64,000 bases of DNA from Terracidiphilus sp. (GCA_036495975.1 DASXLY010000252.1:412201-476200); one strand, 5' to 3'; counted from the first letter of the stretch, positions 18,271 through 29,901 are shown. Notes: generated by a model from the sequence alone, not told the origin. Program-made: numbers and translations.

Positions 18271-21200
18271 ATGAGTGAACAGAAAATGGTGATTCTAGAT
18301 GGGAACGAGGCCGCGGCCTCGGTAGCCTATCGACTTTCCGAAGTGGTCGCAATCTACCCGATTACCCCCTCCTCCCCCATGGCCGAGTGGGCCGATCAGT
18401 GGCGCTCGGAAGGCAAGAAAAATATCTGGGGCGCATTGCCGATCGTGGAAGAACTGCAGAGCGAAGGCGGAGCTGCCGGTGCGTTGCATGGAGCTTTGCA
18501 GGCCGGTGCCTTTGCCACCACCTTCACGGCCTCGCAGGGGCTGCTGCTCATGATCCCCAACATGTACAAGATCGCCGGCGAACTGACTCCTGCAGCTATG
18601 CATGTCACCGCGCGTACCCTCGCCACGCATGCGCTCTCTATCTTCGGCGATCACTCTGACGTGATGGCCTGCCGCTCCACTGGCTGGGCGATGCTTTCCT
18701 CGAATTCGGTGCAGGAGGCTGCCGACCTGGCGCTGGTTGCGCAGCTTGCCACGCTCGAGGCGCGCATTCCGTTCATCCACTTCTTCGATGGTTTCCGCAC
18801 CTCCCACGAAGTCGGCAAGATCTATCCCATCAGCGACGAAACCATCCGCGCCCTGCTCGATGACAAATACATCATCCAGTTCCGCCAGAACGCGCTGAGC
18901 CCCGATCGCCCCATTCTTCGCGGTTCTGCGCAGAACCCCGACGTGTTCTTCCAGGCGCGCGAGGCCTGCAGCCCGTTCTACGCCGCTGTTCCAGGAATCG
19001 TGCAATCCGTCATGGATCGCGTAGCCGCGCAGACCGGCCGTGCCTACCGTCTCTTCGACTACTACGGCGCTCCCAATGCCGAGCGCGTCATCATCATGAT
19101 GGGTTCCGGTGCAGAAGCGGCCGAAGAAGCCGTCGATGCTCTCGCCAAGCAGGGCGAGAAGATCGGTCTGGTCAAGGTTCGCCTCTATCGTCCCTTCGAC
19201 GCGTCTGCCTTCATCAAGGCTCTCCCCGCCACCGTCAAGTCCATCGCCGTTCTCGACCGCTGTAAGGAACCCGGTGCTGCAGGCGAGCCTCTCTACCAGG
19301 ACATCGTCACCGTCCTTGCCGAGCATGCCGAGACGCTGCCCTTCGGCGCCATGCCCGCCGTCATTGGTGGACGCTATGGCCTTTCGTCGAAGGAGTTCAC
19401 GCCCGCCATGATCAAGGGCATCTTTGACGAACTGAAGAAGAGCACGCCGAAAAAGCACTTCACCATCGGCATCGAAGACGACATCTCGCACTCCAGCCTG
19501 GCTTACGATCCGGCGTTCTCCACCGAGGATCCAAAGACGGTTCGCGCCCTCTTCTACGGTCTTGGCTCTGACGGCACCGTCGGCGCCAATAAAAACTCCA
19601 TCAAGATCATCGGCGACCAGACCCCCAATTATGCGCAGGGCTACTTTGTCTACGACTCGAAGAAATCCGGTTCGATGACTACCTCGCACTTGAGGTTCGG
19701 TCCCAACCCGATTCGCTCCACCTACCTGATCACGCGCGCAAGCTTCATCGCCTGCCATAACTTCAGCTTCCTCGAGAAGATCAATGTCCTCGAAGCCGCT
19801 GAACCCGGCGCGGTTTTCCTGCTCAATTCGCCGTTCTCCGCGGCCGAGGTGTGGGATAACCTTCCGAAGACTATCCAGGATGAGATCCTCCACAAGAAGA
19901 TCGAGTTCTATGTCATTGACGGCTACAAAGTGGCCCGCGATGCCGGCATGGGCACGCGCATTAACACCATCATGCAAACATGCTTCTTCGCCATCAGCGG
20001 AGTATTGCCGCGCGAAGAGGCCATCGAGCAGATCAAGAAAGCCATCAAGAAGACCTATGGCAAGCGTGGAGAAGCTGTCGTGCAGAAAAACTTTGCTGCC
20101 GTCGATCACGCTCTCGCTCATCTGGAAAAAGTCGAGTTGCCCAGTGCGGCCCGTTCGGCTTTCGACATCACCGGCGTCATCTCTGAGAAGGCACCTGCAT
20201 TCGTCCACGATGTGCTGGGGCAGATCGCATCCGGCAAGGGTGACCTGCTTCCTGTCAGCGCTATTCCGGCCGGCGGCGCATTCCCCACGGGGACCGCGCA
20301 GTGGGAAAAGCGCAACATCGCGCAGTTCATCCCGGTGTGGGACAAGGACCTCTGTATCCAGTGCGGCAAATGCGTGATGGTCTGTCCGCACGCCGTCATC
20401 CGCGCCAAAGTCTATTCCTCCGAGCTCGCTGACAAGGCGCCCGCAACCTTCAAATGGGCCAAGCCGAAATGGAAAGGCATGGAGTCGAATCACTATACGC
20501 TTCAGGTCGCGCCCGAAGACTGTACCGGCTGCGGTGTCTGCGTCGAAATCTGCCCGGTGAAGAGCAAGAGCGACGCCAGCCACAAAGCCATCAACATGGA
20601 AGCGCAGCCTCCGCTACGGGAAGCTGAGCGCGAAAACTGGGACTACTTCCTCAGCCTGCCCGAGGTCGACCGTGCCAAGCTCTCGCACTCGCAGGTGAAG
20701 GATCTCCAGCTGCTCCAGCCGCTCTTCGAATTCTCGGGCGCCTGCGCTGGTTGCGGCGAAACCGCCTATATCAAGCTGCTGACTCAGCTCTTCGGTGATC
20801 GTCTCTATGTCGCCAATGCCACTGGTTGCTCCTCCATCTACGGCGGCAATCTGCCCACCACTCCTTATAGCAAGAACGCTTCAGGCCGTGGTCCGACGTG
20901 GGCCAACTCACTCTTTGAAGACAATGCCGAATTTGGCTTCGGTATGCGTACCGCCCTCGATCAGCAGAAGACATTTGCCGAACTGCTTGTGACGCGTCTG
21001 GCATCTGCCATCGGTCCCGAGCTCGCTGCCGAACTGGTGCACGCGACGCAGAAGACCGAAGCCGACATCGACACCCAGCGCGAACGGGTCAAGATCCTCA
21101 AGGCAAAACTGGCAGGCATCGATTCGTCCGACACTCGCAACCTGCTGGCCATAGCCGACTCCCTGGTTCGCAAGAGCGTATGGATCCTTGGTGGCGACGG

Positions 21201-21897
21201 CTGGGCATTCGACATTGGATTCGGAGGGCTCGACCACGTGCTTGGTTCTGGCAAGAACGTCAACGTGCTCGTGCTCGACACCGAGGTCTACTCCAACACC
21301 GGCGGCCAGTCTTCCAAGGCCACCCCCCGCGGCGCAGTCGCCAAGTTCGCCGCCAGTGGCAAGGGAAACAGCAGAAAAGACCTAGCCATGGAAGCCGTCA
21401 GCTATGGATCCGTTTATGTCGCGCAGGTTGCCTTGGGAGGCAACGACAGCCACGTCGTCAAGGCTTTCCAGGAGGCCGAAGCCCACGACGGTCCGTCGCT
21501 CATCATTGCCTATGCCAGCTGCATCGCGCACGGCTATGACCTGGTCCACGGGCTCGAGCAGCAGAAGCTCGCAGTCCAGTCCGGCTACTGGCCGCTCATG
21601 CGCTACAACCCTTCGTTGCGAAACGAAGGCAAGAACCCCTTCCAGCTTGACTCGCGCGCACCGGCCATCCGCCTCAAGGATTACGCTTACCGCGAAGCCC
21701 GCTACACCATGCTCGCCCGCAGTAATCCCGAGCTGGCCGCCGAATTGTTGAAGGAAGCACAGGACGATGTCGAGCGCCAGTGGCGCGTCTACTCGGCCCG
21801 TGCCGCCATGCCTGGCCGCGGCGAGACCCCGAACATTGCTCCCGAGGAAAAGCCGGAAAACAAACTGGCAGCTCCGCCTGCCGGAGGTTCCAAATGA
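18271..21897 (+). CDS. nifJ: Pyruvate:ferredoxin (flavodoxin) oxidoreductase
   Basis: DGNEAAA, YPITPSSPM, QSEGGAAG, two 4Fe-4S motifs, GACAGCGE, GGDGWAFDIG, TEVYSNTGGQ. Confidence 0.97.
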   Translation: MSEQKMVILDGNEAAASVAYRLSEVVAIYPITPSSPMAEWADQWRSEGKKNIWGALPIVEELQSEGGAAGALHGALQAGAFATTFTASQGLLLMIPNMYKIAGELTPAAMHVTARTLATHALSIFGDHSDVMACRSTGWAMLSSNSVQEAADLALVAQLATLEARIPFIHFFDGFRTSHEVGKIYPISDETIRALLDDKYIIQFRQNALSPDRPILRGSAQNPDVFFQAREACSPFYAAVPGIVQSVMDRVAAQTGRAYRLFDYYGAPNAERVIIMMGSGAEAAEEAVDALAKQGEKIGLVKVRLYRPFDASAFIKALPATVKSIAVLDRCKEPGAAGEPLYQDIVTVLAEHAETLPFGAMPAVIGGRYGLSSKEFTPAMIKGIFDELKKSTPKKHFTIGIEDDISHSSLAYDPAFSTEDPKTVRALFYGLGSDGTVGANKNSIKIIGDQTPNYAQGYFVYDSKKSGSMTTSHLRFGPNPIRSTYLITRASFIACHNFSFLEKINVLEAAEPGAVFLLNSPFSAAEVWDNLPKTIQDEILHKKIEFYVIDGYKVARDAGMGTRINTIMQTCFFAISGVLPREEAIEQIKKAIKKTYGKRGEAVVQKNFAAVDHALAHLEKVELPSAARSAFDITGVISEKAPAFVHDVLGQIASGKGDLLPVSAIPAGGAFPTGTAQWEKRNIAQFIPVWDKDLCIQCGKCVMVCPHAVIRAKVYSSELADKAPATFKWAKPKWKGMESNHYTLQVAPEDCTGCGVCVEICPVKSKSDASHKAINMEAQPPLREAERENWDYFLSLPEVDRAKLSHSQVKDLQLLQPLFEFSGACAGCGETAYIKLLTQLFGDRLYVANATGCSSIYGGNLPTTPYSKNASGRGPTWANSLFEDNAEFGFGMRTALDQQKTFAELLVTRLASAIGPELAAELVHATQKTEADIDTQRERVKILKAKLAGIDSSDTRNLLAIADSLVRKSVWILGGDGWAFDIGFGGLDHVLGSGKNVNVLVLDTEVYSNTGGQSSKATPRGAVAKFAASGKGNSRKDLAMEAVSYGSVYVAQVALGGNDSHVVKAFQEAEAHDGPSLIIAYASCIAHGYDLVHGLEQQKLAVQSGYWPLMRYNPSLRNEGKNPFQLDSRAPAIRLKDYAYREARYTMLARSNPELAAELLKEAQDDVERQWRVYSARAAMPGRGETPNIAPEEKPENKLAAPPAGGSK

Positions 21898-22910
21898 TCG
21901 ATGTATCCACCAAATACCTGGGTCTCAAGCTCAACGGACCCATCGTTGTTTCTTCCACACCGCTCTCTGAGTCACTTGAGAATCTGCGCCGAATGGAAGA
22001 CGCCGGCGCATCGGCGATCGTGCTGACATCGCTCTTCGAGGAGCAGCTCACCCTTGAGTCGCGGGCGCTCGACGAAGACCTGTCGCGCGGAACGGAGTCC
22101 TTCGCTGAATCACTCGGCTACCTGCCCGACCTCAACGATTACCGGATGAGCCATGAGGTGTATCTCGACTACATTCGACGCTGCAAGGAGGCGGTGAAGA
22201 TTCCGATCTTCGCCAGCCTCAACGGCGCTACCACCGGCGGTTGGGTGCGCTTTGCGCAGGAGTCGGAGCAAGCTGGAGCCGATGCAATCGAGCTAAACAC
22301 CTTCGCGCTGGCCACCGATCGCAGCCAGACTTCTGCTGAACTCGAATCGCAGCTGCTTGAATTGGTCGAGAGCGTCTGCAAGGCGGTCAAGGTTCCGGTC
22401 GCCGTCAAGCTGTCGCAGTCGTTCACGAGCCTGCCGCATCTTGCCGCAAAACTCGAAGACTCGGGCGCAGCCGCCGTGGTCCTGTTCAACCGCTTTTATC
22501 AACCAGACTTCGATATCGAGGCGCTTGAGGTTCGCCCCACGTTGCATTTCTCCACGCCGTCGGAATTGCTGCCGCGCCTGCACTGGGCCGCGATTCTCTT
22601 CGGCCATCTCAACATCGACATCGCCATTACCGGCGGAGTCCACTCAGCCGAAGACGTCATCAAGAGCATCATGGCGGGCGGCAACGTTGCCATGATGTGC
22701 TCCGCGTTGCACATTCACGGCATCGAGCACATCGGCCGGGTCCTCTCCGACCTGCAATACTGGCTTGAGAAGCGCGAATTTTCCTCACTCTCTCAGACTC
22801 GTGGTTGCCTCAGCCGGCGCTCGGTTCCTGATGTCTCGCCCTTCGACCGCGGCAACTACATCAAGACCCTCAGTTCCTACAGCCTCCGCCAAACCGTGGC
22901 TGCATTCTGA
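21894..22910 (+). CDS. Dihydroorotate dehydrogenase-like flavoprotein coupled to nifJ
   Basis: YLGLKL..PIV, SLFEEQ, VLFNRFYQPD, TGGVH; ATGA overlap with nifJ; lacks the ELNxSCP catalytic Cys. Confidence 0.9.
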   Translation: MIDVSTKYLGLKLNGPIVVSSTPLSESLENLRRMEDAGASAIVLTSLFEEQLTLESRALDEDLSRGTESFAESLGYLPDLNDYRMSHEVYLDYIRRCKEAVKIPIFASLNGATTGGWVRFAQESEQAGADAIELNTFALATDRSQTSAELESQLLELVESVCKAVKVPVAVKLSQSFTSLPHLAAKLEDSGAAAVVLFNRFYQPDFDIEALEVRPTLHFSTPSELLPRLHWAAILFGHLNIDIAITGGVHSAEDVIKSIMAGGNVAMMCSALHIHGIEHIGRVLSDLQYWLEKREFSSLSQTRGCLSRRSVPDVSPFDRGNYIKTLSSYSLRQTVAAF

Positions 22911-23075
22911 TGGAGACGTAACATCCAAATGAGTTTTTCCTGGGGAGCCAGGGCGGCCGCACGATCTTGTGCAGCCGCCCTTGGCATTTGTGCCCTGCCC
23001 CATCGCCGGACACAACTGACAACCGGGAGCTTCTCGAGGCCTTATCATTCGTGTGAATCTCTTTCGAGGCCACGA

Positions 23076-24491
23076 ATGATCCTGAAACTTCTTGCTGTCC
23101 CGATCTCCGTCGCATTTATTTCCCTCGCCACAATCAGCGCTGCTCAAGCTCCCGCCCACTACCAACCCACCCTCGAGTCCCTCGACCAGCACCCGCTCCC
23201 GCAGTGGTACACCGGAGCCAAGCTCGGAATCTTCATACATTGGGGTCTCTACTCGGTTCCCGGCTGGGCACCCGTCAATCACCCCGACCACGATTTTTCG
23301 TCGAACGACTATATCAAGTACGATCCTTATGCCGAGTGGTATCTAAACACCATGCGCGTCCCCGGCTCGCCAACGGCCGAATACCACAAGCAACATTACG
23401 GCGATCAGGGCTATTACGACTTCGCGCCTACGTTCAATCGCGAATCGAAAAAATGGAATCCCGACAAGATGGCCGGTATTTTCAAAATGGCCGGCGCACG
23501 ATATGTCGTCCTCACCAGCAAGCACCACGAAGGATTCACGCTCTGGCCCAGCAACACACCTAATCCCTCGCCGACCCTGAAAGCGCGCCAGCTTCACGCC
23601 GAACGCGACATTGTCGGCGAACTCACAGAAGCCGTCCGCAGGCAGGACATGAAGATGGGCCTCTACTACTCAGGTGGCTATGACTGGACATTCAATTCCG
23701 GACCCATCGTGGTGGAAAAGGACTATCAGGCAGTAAAGCCCGAGTCAAAGTCCTACGGCGATTACGCATTCGCGCAGATCCACGAACTCATCGATCGCTA
23801 CAAACCCGCAATTCTGTGGAACGACATCGATTGGCCCATAACCGGCAATGCACTCCAGGTTGAAGCCGACTACTACAACGCCATTCCTGACGGCGTTATT
23901 GACGACCGCTTTGGCGTCAAGCACGCCGACTTCACCTCGCCCGAGTACGAAAAGCTCGAGAAAATCAGCCCGAAGAAATGGGAAGAATGCAGAGGGCTCG
24001 GCCGGTCCTTCGGTTACAACCGGGCTGAAGGTGAGAAAGAAACCATCGCCCCCGGCGACCTGATAGAGCTCCTCGTTGACATCGTCAGCAAGAACGGCAA
24101 CCTGCTGCTCGACGTCGGCCCCGAAGCCGACGGCACCATCCCGCCCGTTCAGGTGCAACGCCTCGAAGCTCTTGGAGCGTGGCTCAAGCAGAATGGAGAA
24201 GCCATCTACGACACCGTGCCGTGGACTGAGGCTGCGGCGAAATCGGCTGAAGGCGACGACCTCCGCTTTACGCGCAAAGAGGGCGACCTTTACGTGACCA
24301 TACTCGGGAAGCCAAAAGGGAAGTCTCTTACATTAGAGGCGGGCACGAGATCCTTTACGTCAATCACGATGCTTGGTGCTTCAAAGGCGCTTGCATACGA
24401 GGAAATGGGGAGAAGCCTGAAGATAGGGCTTCCTGATCAGCTGCCCGGCGACTATGCCTATGTCATCAAGCTCGCCGGCTACGCCCGCTGA
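23076..24491 (+). CDS. Alpha-L-fucosidase (GH29), secreted
   Basis: KLGIFIHWGLYSVPG, TSKHHEGF, WEECRG, IVSKNGNLLL; signal peptide. Confidence 0.92.
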   Translation: MILKLLAVPISVAFISLATISAAQAPAHYQPTLESLDQHPLPQWYTGAKLGIFIHWGLYSVPGWAPVNHPDHDFSSNDYIKYDPYAEWYLNTMRVPGSPTAEYHKQHYGDQGYYDFAPTFNRESKKWNPDKMAGIFKMAGARYVVLTSKHHEGFTLWPSNTPNPSPTLKARQLHAERDIVGELTEAVRRQDMKMGLYYSGGYDWTFNSGPIVVEKDYQAVKPESKSYGDYAFAQIHELIDRYKPAILWNDIDWPITGNALQVEADYYNAIPDGVIDDRFGVKHADFTSPEYEKLEKISPKKWEECRGLGRSFGYNRAEGEKETIAPGDLIELLVDIVSKNGNLLLDVGPEADGTIPPVQVQRLEALGAWLKQNGEAIYDTVPWTEAAAKSAEGDDLRFTRKEGDLYVTILGKPKGKSLTLEAGTRSFTSITMLGASKALAYEEMGRSLKIGLPDQLPGDYAYVIKLAGYAR

Positions 24492-24961
24492 TCGGAACCG
24501 AGGAGGCGCTGCAATAAGTCCTCAAGCATGTGCTGAGCTTCGGGCAGCGCCTTCTCAACCATCTCGCTGAACCCCTCGCGCAATTCCAACGATCCCGCAC
24601 CAATCGTCAGCAGCAGGGAACTGCGCGGCATGCGTCCATAAAGTTGTTTGCTCAGCGCAAGCAATTGCGCGGCATCCAGATGATGCGTCCCCAGCTTCGT
24701 TGTATCGGCTGCCGGCTCGACTGCGATGCTGCGAACCAGCCCAGGTGCACAGTCCGTTGCGCAGTCGATGAATACTACCGACTCCGCTGACGCCACATCT
24801 TCCACCATCTCCGGCGTCCACTGGTGATCGCAGAGAACGCGAACGCGCGGATCCTCGCGCCATCGCTCCTGCGCCCAATTGGCAAGAAACGGCCCGACGC
24901 CATCATCCTCGCGCAACGTGTTGCCGCAGGCAAGAATGAGACATCGGGCCGCAAAGGTCAT
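24479..24961 (-). CDS. hoxW: Hydrogenase maturation protease
   Basis: GNTLREDDGVG, HQWTPE, THH; directly downstream of hoxH. Confidence 0.88.
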   Translation of the reverse strand: MTFAARCLILACGNTLREDDGVGPFLANWAQERWREDPRVRVLCDHQWTPEMVEDVASAESVVFIDCATDCAPGLVRSIAVEPAADTTKLGTHHLDAAQLLALSKQLYGRMPRSSLLLTIGAGSLELREGFSEMVEKALPEAQHMLEDLLQRLLGSDQRA

Positions 24962-24974
24962 GCAGTCATCGTAC

Positions 24975-26396
24975 TTAGCGTACGAGTCGGTCCACAACTT
25001 CGCCGTCTGGCGAGACAAGCGTCATCGCCAATGGCATCTGCCCAAAGGCATGGGTTGAACAGCTCAAGCACGGATCGAATGTCCGAATCACCGCTTCTAC
25101 TCGGTTCAGCGCACCCTCAGTGAACTTCCCGTCTTTCACATAGGCTTTCGCCGCTTGCAGCACGCCGCGATCCATGGCGTTGTTGTTGTGCCCGGTCGCG
25201 ACCACGAGATTCGCCCAGACAATCCTGCCGTTCTCGTCGACCTTGTAGTGGTGGTTCAGGGTGCCGCGAGGCGCCTCGATCTGGCCCGCCCCCTCCAGCC
25301 GGTTCACGCCTGCCGTTGCACGCACATGCTTGTCGAGAATCTGCGGATCGGCGAGAATGCGTTCGATCTTCTCGATGCCGTGCAGCACTTCAACCAGCCG
25401 CGCATGGTGGTAAAAGAAGGAACTCTCCACCGGACCATCGGCAAGCTGTTTGAACTCGGCGAGTTCCTGGTCGGCCTTCGGCGCGCCCATCGTTTTCACG
25501 ATGTTCAGGCGCGCCAGGGGACCGACGCGATAGCTGCCTTCCGGGTATCCGAGCGGCTTGTAGTAGACAAACTTCGTATAGCTGTAGGGCTCGACAGCCT
25601 CACCAAACTCCTCGGTAAAGCGCTGCGCGTTGATGCCGTCTTCGATGATGTAGCCCCTCGGGCCAACCAGGCGGAGCGCGCCATCGGTGAATTCGATCGT
25701 TTCGTCCTCATTGGTCAGACCAAGATAATTCGATGGGAAGTTGGCGAAGACAGAGATCTCCTGGTGGAACTTGTCAGCGATCTGCTTGTAAGCGGCGAGC
25801 GCAAGGCTGACGTTGGCGTAGGCTTCCGGCAGCATTGACAGCATCTCGTCGCGATGGGCTGGACTCAGCGGCTCGGTTACACCGCCAGGAATAACCCAGC
25901 CAGTGTGAATCCGCTTGGTCCCCAGCAATTCAATGACGTGCTGTCCGAAGCGCCGCAGTCCGATTCCCGCGCGTCCCAATTCTGGCCGTGTTGCGGCAAC
26001 GCCAAAGATATGACGCTGCGCCGGATCCGACTCCATCCCCAGCAGCAGGTCCGGTGAAGAAAGGTGGAAGAAGCTCAGTGAATGCGACTGCACCATCTGT
26101 GCCAGGTTGAGGATCCGCCGCAGCTGGGCCGCCGTGTGCGGAATGCGTACCGACATGATGGCTTCGCACGCCTTGGCGGAGGCCAGCAGGTGCGAGACCG
26201 GGCAGATGCCGCAGATGCGCGCCGTCAAACTCGGCATCTCGTAAAACGGTCGCCCTTCCGAAAATTTCTCGAATCCACGCACTTGGGTTACATGAAAGTG
26301 TGCGTCCTCGACCTCGCCCTGCGCATTCAGCTGAATCGTGATCTTACCGTGTCCTTCAAGACGGGTTACAGGATCGATCGTGATGGTCTGGCTCAT
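24975..26396 (-). CDS. hoxH: Bidirectional [NiFe] hydrogenase large subunit (group 3d)
   Basis: [19 protein letters not shown] (L1), DPCLSCSTH (L2) with C-terminal extension. Confidence 0.96.
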   Translation of the reverse strand: MSQTITIDPVTRLEGHGKITIQLNAQGEVEDAHFHVTQVRGFEKFSEGRPFYEMPSLTARICGICPVSHLLASAKACEAIMSVRIPHTAAQLRRILNLAQMVQSHSLSFFHLSSPDLLLGMESDPAQRHIFGVAATRPELGRAGIGLRRFGQHVIELLGTKRIHTGWVIPGGVTEPLSPAHRDEMLSMLPEAYANVSLALAAYKQIADKFHQEISVFANFPSNYLGLTNEDETIEFTDGALRLVGPRGYIIEDGINAQRFTEEFGEAVEPYSYTKFVYYKPLGYPEGSYRVGPLARLNIVKTMGAPKADQELAEFKQLADGPVESSFFYHHARLVEVLHGIEKIERILADPQILDKHVRATAGVNRLEGAGQIEAPRGTLNHHYKVDENGRIVWANLVVATGHNNNAMDRGVLQAAKAYVKDGKFTEGALNRVEAVIRTFDPCLSCSTHAFGQMPLAMTLVSPDGEVVDRLVR

Positions 26397-26398
26397 GA

Positions 26399-26932
26399 TC
26401 AGGCTCCAAAGCGGGTCAGCGCCGGTATATCCAGCGGCTCGCCGGTAATGAGCGCCATCAGCGCTGTGTGAAATGTGTCGGCAGAGGGCGGGCAGCCGGG
26501 CAGAAAAACATCCACCTTCACGTATTCGTGAATAGGCTTCACGGTCTTCAGCAGCTTCGGCACGACGATGCAGGGAATCTGCGGTTGAATCGTCGCATTC
26601 TCGATGTAGGCGCGATCGAGAACCGCATCTGCGCCAACCGGGTTACGCATCGAGGGAACATTGCCGGTAATGGCGCAATCTCCCATCGCCACCAATATCG
26701 TCGAGTGCGCGCGAATCTTTTTGATCTTTTTCTCGTCATCGACGGACGCCACCGCTCCCTCGACCAGCGCGATATCAACGTTGTCGGGGAACTCCTTCGT
26801 ATCCACTACCGGGCTGTAAACCAGGTCAACAAGCTCGGCGAGTTCGAGCAGCCGTTCGTCCATGTCGAGGAACGACATGCGGCACCCCGAGCATCCGTCG
26901 AGCCACGCCGTTGCCAATCTCAGTTTGCTCAT
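26399..26932 (-). CDS. hoxY: Bidirectional hydrogenase small subunit
   Basis: [20 protein letters not shown]. Confidence 0.93.
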   Translation of the reverse strand: MSKLRLATAWLDGCSGCRMSFLDMDERLLELAELVDLVYSPVVDTKEFPDNVDIALVEGAVASVDDEKKIKKIRAHSTILVAMGDCAITGNVPSMRNPVGADAVLDRAYIENATIQPQIPCIVVPKLLKTVKPIHEYVKVDVFLPGCPPSADTFHTALMALITGEPLDIPALTRFGA

Positions 26933-27645
26933 TGCGCTTCCCTCATCATGTTCAGGTAGGGCAGAAAATCGGGATATTTGGGGTGATCCGAGCCAATCTT
27001 GCTCTTGTCGAAGAGCGCCCCCGTCGGACAAACCTGCACACACTTGCCGCACCGTGTGCACGTGGAGTTGCCCCAATCCTCGTGTAAATCGGTGATCACC
27101 ATTGAGTCGATTCCCCGTCCCATCACGTCCCACACGTGTGCGCCTTCAATCTCCGCGCACGCCCGCACGCAGCGCATGCACAGGATGCAGCGGTTGTGAT
27201 CGGCGGTGAATCTCTCATGCGAGGCATCGACTGGTAGCTCCGGATTCCGATACGGCAGTCGGACATGCGTCACGCCCTGCTCCTGCGCCAGGGCCTGCAA
27301 CTCGCAATGGCCGTTCGCGACGCAGACGGAGCAGATGTGATTGCGCTCCGCAAACAGCAGTTCCAGGATCGTACGGCGATGCTTGCGCAGCCTTTCGGAT
27401 TCGGTCGTTACTTCCATCCCCTCAAAGACCGATGTCACGCATGCCGGCAACAACTTGTTCTGGCCCTTCACTTCCACCACGCACAACCGGCAGGCGCCGA
27501 TATCGGAAAGCCCGTCGAGATGACACAGAGTCGGAATGTAAATATCGTGTTCCCGCGCCACTTCCAGAATGGTCTGTCCGGCGCGGGCACTAACGTCCTT
27601 CCCATTAATGATCAGTGTTTTTACATCAACTGCTGCGGGACTCAT
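26929..27645 (-). CDS. hoxU: Bidirectional hydrogenase diaphorase subunit U
   Basis: IPTLCH, GACRLC, HICSVC, CILCMRC, CTRCGKC; GAGG RBS before ATG 27645. Confidence 0.94.
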   Translation of the reverse strand: MSPAAVDVKTLIINGKDVSARAGQTILEVAREHDIYIPTLCHLDGLSDIGACRLCVVEVKGQNKLLPACVTSVFEGMEVTTESERLRKHRRTILELLFAERNHICSVCVANGHCELQALAQEQGVTHVRLPYRNPELPVDASHERFTADHNRCILCMRCVRACAEIEGAHVWDVMGRGIDSMVITDLHEDWGNSTCTRCGKCVQVCPTGALFDKSKIGSDHPKYPDFLPYLNMMREAQ

Positions 27646-29300
27646 GCCAACACCTCCTCGGGTATCTCGGCAGTTATCGGCGCTTCCATGTTGCATACAC
27701 CCGCGGGACAGCGCTTATGCACAATGTGCTCGATGTACTCGTCCTTGAAATAGCGCAAAGTACTCAGCACCGGGTTGGGTGCCGTCTGACCGAGCCCGCA
27801 AAGACTCGTCTCCTTGATCGTCCCGCACAGATCGACCAACAGGTTGAGATCGTCCATGGATCCCACGCCGGTACAGATGCGCGTCAGCAAGGTGTACATC
27901 TGCGCAGTGCCGGCACGGCAGGGTATGCACTTGCCGCACGACTCGCTTTTGCAGAATTCGACAAAGAAGCGCGCGACGTTGACCATGCAGGACGTATCGT
28001 CCATTACGATCATGCCGCCCGAGCCCATCATCGAACCCACCCCGATCAATGCGTCATAGCTGATGTTGAGATCGAGCAGTTCCTCGGGAATGCAACCACC
28101 CGAAGGCCCGCCGGTTTGCACCGCCTTGAACTTGTGCCCGTCGGGTACGCCGCCGCCAATCCCTTCGATGATCTGGCGAAGCGAGATGCCCATCGGAACC
28201 TCAACCAGCCCAGTGTTCGCGATCTTGCCGGTGAGGGCGAAGACTTTCGTCCCCTTGCTGCGCGCAGAGCCCATGCTCGAAAACCACTTTGCGCCTTTGC
28301 GAATGATGGGTGCGATATTGGCAAAAGTTTCCACGTTGTTGATCAACGTCGGCTTGCCCCACAAACCGCTTACGGCTGGATAAGGAGGCCGCGGTTTGGG
28401 CGTGCCGCGACGGCCTTCGATCGAGGCAATCAGAGCCGTCTCTTCGCCGCAAACGAACGCTCCCGCTCCCAGTCGGACTTCCACGTCGAAGGTGAAAGGC
28501 GTATTGCAGATATTGTTGCCCAGCAGTCCGCGGCGTCTCGCATCGCGCAGGCAGGCCTGCAGACGGGAAACAGCCAGCGGATATTCCGCACGAACGTAGA
28601 TGTAGCCCTTGCTCGCCCCAACCGCATATGCGGCGATCGCCATGCCTTCCACAACGCGCTGCGGATCGCTTTCAAGAACGCTGCGATCCATGAATGCGCC
28701 GGGATCGCCCTCGTCCCCGTTGCAGATCACGTACTTCATATCGCCGGAAGCCTTGGCCACCGTGCCCCACTTGAGGCCAGTCGGATACCCACCGCCTCCC
28801 CGGCCGCGCAGTCCGCTTTCGGTGATCTCGTTGATCACGTCCTTCGGCTCCATCTCCGTAACCACCGTGACCAGTGCCAGGTACCCATCGCGCGCGATGT
28901 AATCGTCAATCTTCTCAGGATCGATATGGCCGGAGTTCTCCAGCACCACGTGCACCTGCTGATCGAAGTGTTCGCGCAGGTTGCACTGCAGTTCCGCGAC
29001 CGGCTCGCCTCCCAGTTGCTTGATCACCTTCTCTGCGTGCTCGGCCTTCATGTGCGCATACAGCGTCTCTTCCGGATCGATCAGTACAAGCGGGCCAGCA
29101 GCGCACAGACCCATGCATCCCGTCCGGCGCACCAGTGCGTTTTTGCCCGAGGCCTCAACGGCTTTACTCAGGGCATCCTTCAGCTTGTCCGAGTGCTGGC
29201 TCAGGCAGCCGGTTCCCATGCAGACATTGATCTCGTGATCGAACTTCCCATTCTGCTGGCGGACGGATTCTTTGATTTGTTCCAGTTCTTCCAGGTTCAT
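27642..29300 (-). CDS. hoxF: Bidirectional hydrogenase diaphorase subunit F (NuoF-like)
   Basis: [39 protein letters not shown]; N-terminal 2Fe-2S domain. Confidence 0.95.
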   Translation of the reverse strand: MNLEELEQIKESVRQQNGKFDHEINVCMGTGCLSQHSDKLKDALSKAVEASGKNALVRRTGCMGLCAAGPLVLIDPEETLYAHMKAEHAEKVIKQLGGEPVAELQCNLREHFDQQVHVVLENSGHIDPEKIDDYIARDGYLALVTVVTEMEPKDVINEITESGLRGRGGGGYPTGLKWGTVAKASGDMKYVICNGDEGDPGAFMDRSVLESDPQRVVEGMAIAAYAVGASKGYIYVRAEYPLAVSRLQACLRDARRRGLLGNNICNTPFTFDVEVRLGAGAFVCGEETALIASIEGRRGTPKPRPPYPAVSGLWGKPTLINNVETFANIAPIIRKGAKWFSSMGSARSKGTKVFALTGKIANTGLVEVPMGISLRQIIEGIGGGVPDGHKFKAVQTGGPSGGCIPEELLDLNISYDALIGVGSMMGSGGMIVMDDTSCMVNVARFFVEFCKSESCGKCIPCRAGTAQMYTLLTRICTGVGSMDDLNLLVDLCGTIKETSLCGLGQTAPNPVLSTLRYFKDEYIEHIVHKRCPAGVCNMEAPITAEIPEEVLA

Positions 29301-29809
29301 TCCGCCGCCCACCTTTCCAATTGCTCGATCATCTGCTCTCCGTTCATCTGGCCTTGCAGCTCTCCGTCGGTGAGAACCACCGGCGCACGGCCGCAGGCGC
29401 CAACGCAACGCGCGGTCGTCAGGCTGATCTTCCCGTCCTTGGTGGTCTGACCCTGCGGGATTCCGAGGCGTTTCTCCGCCGACGCAAGCAGCTTGTCAGT
29501 GCCCTTGATGTAGCAAGCTGTTCCCAAGCAGACGGTCATGGTGTGTTTGCCTGGCGGTTTCAGGCTGAAGTAGTGATAGAACGTCACTACGCCATACGCC
29601 TGGCTCAGCGGAACGCGCAGCGAACGCGCAACAAAGCGAATCGCGTCGTCATCGAGATATCCAAACGAAGATTGAACAGTATGCAGGGTTTCAATCAGCG
29701 CGTGACGAGCAAAGCCATTCTTGCGCATGGTGCCGGCCACGATTTTCCAACGCTTGTCGTCGCTCGGAAGCGGCGGTGGTGTAAATGCGGGCACAATCCC
29801 TCCAGACAT
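29297..29809 (-). CDS. hoxE: Bidirectional hydrogenase subunit E (NuoE-like)
   Basis: ALIETLH, VCLGTACY, RCVGACG. Confidence 0.94.
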   Translation of the reverse strand: MSGGIVPAFTPPPLPSDDKRWKIVAGTMRKNGFARHALIETLHTVQSSFGYLDDDAIRFVARSLRVPLSQAYGVVTFYHYFSLKPPGKHTMTVCLGTACYIKGTDKLLASAEKRLGIPQGQTTKDGKISLTTARCVGACGRAPVVLTDGELQGQMNGEQMIEQLERWAAE

Positions 29810-29885
29810 TGATTGCGAAGCACTTACTGCCTAACGCTCCGCTCTCTGTCTGCCCCCGTTTTACTCCCGGATGCATGCGACTGGC

Positions 29886-29901
29886 CGTGACCACGGTCAC
29901 G
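29886..29901. promoter_or_regulatory. CRP/FNR-family site upstream of hoxE
   Basis: CGTGA-CCACGG-TCACG; weak minus-strand -10 (TAAAAC, 29863-29858). Confidence 0.6.

Noticed and set aside
18295-20583. Long antisense ORF of 762 aa (also 1688..2908, 27615..29450, 49940..51094, 5265..6401)
   Set aside because: Shadows of well-supported genes caused by GC-rich codon bias; no recognisable motifs.
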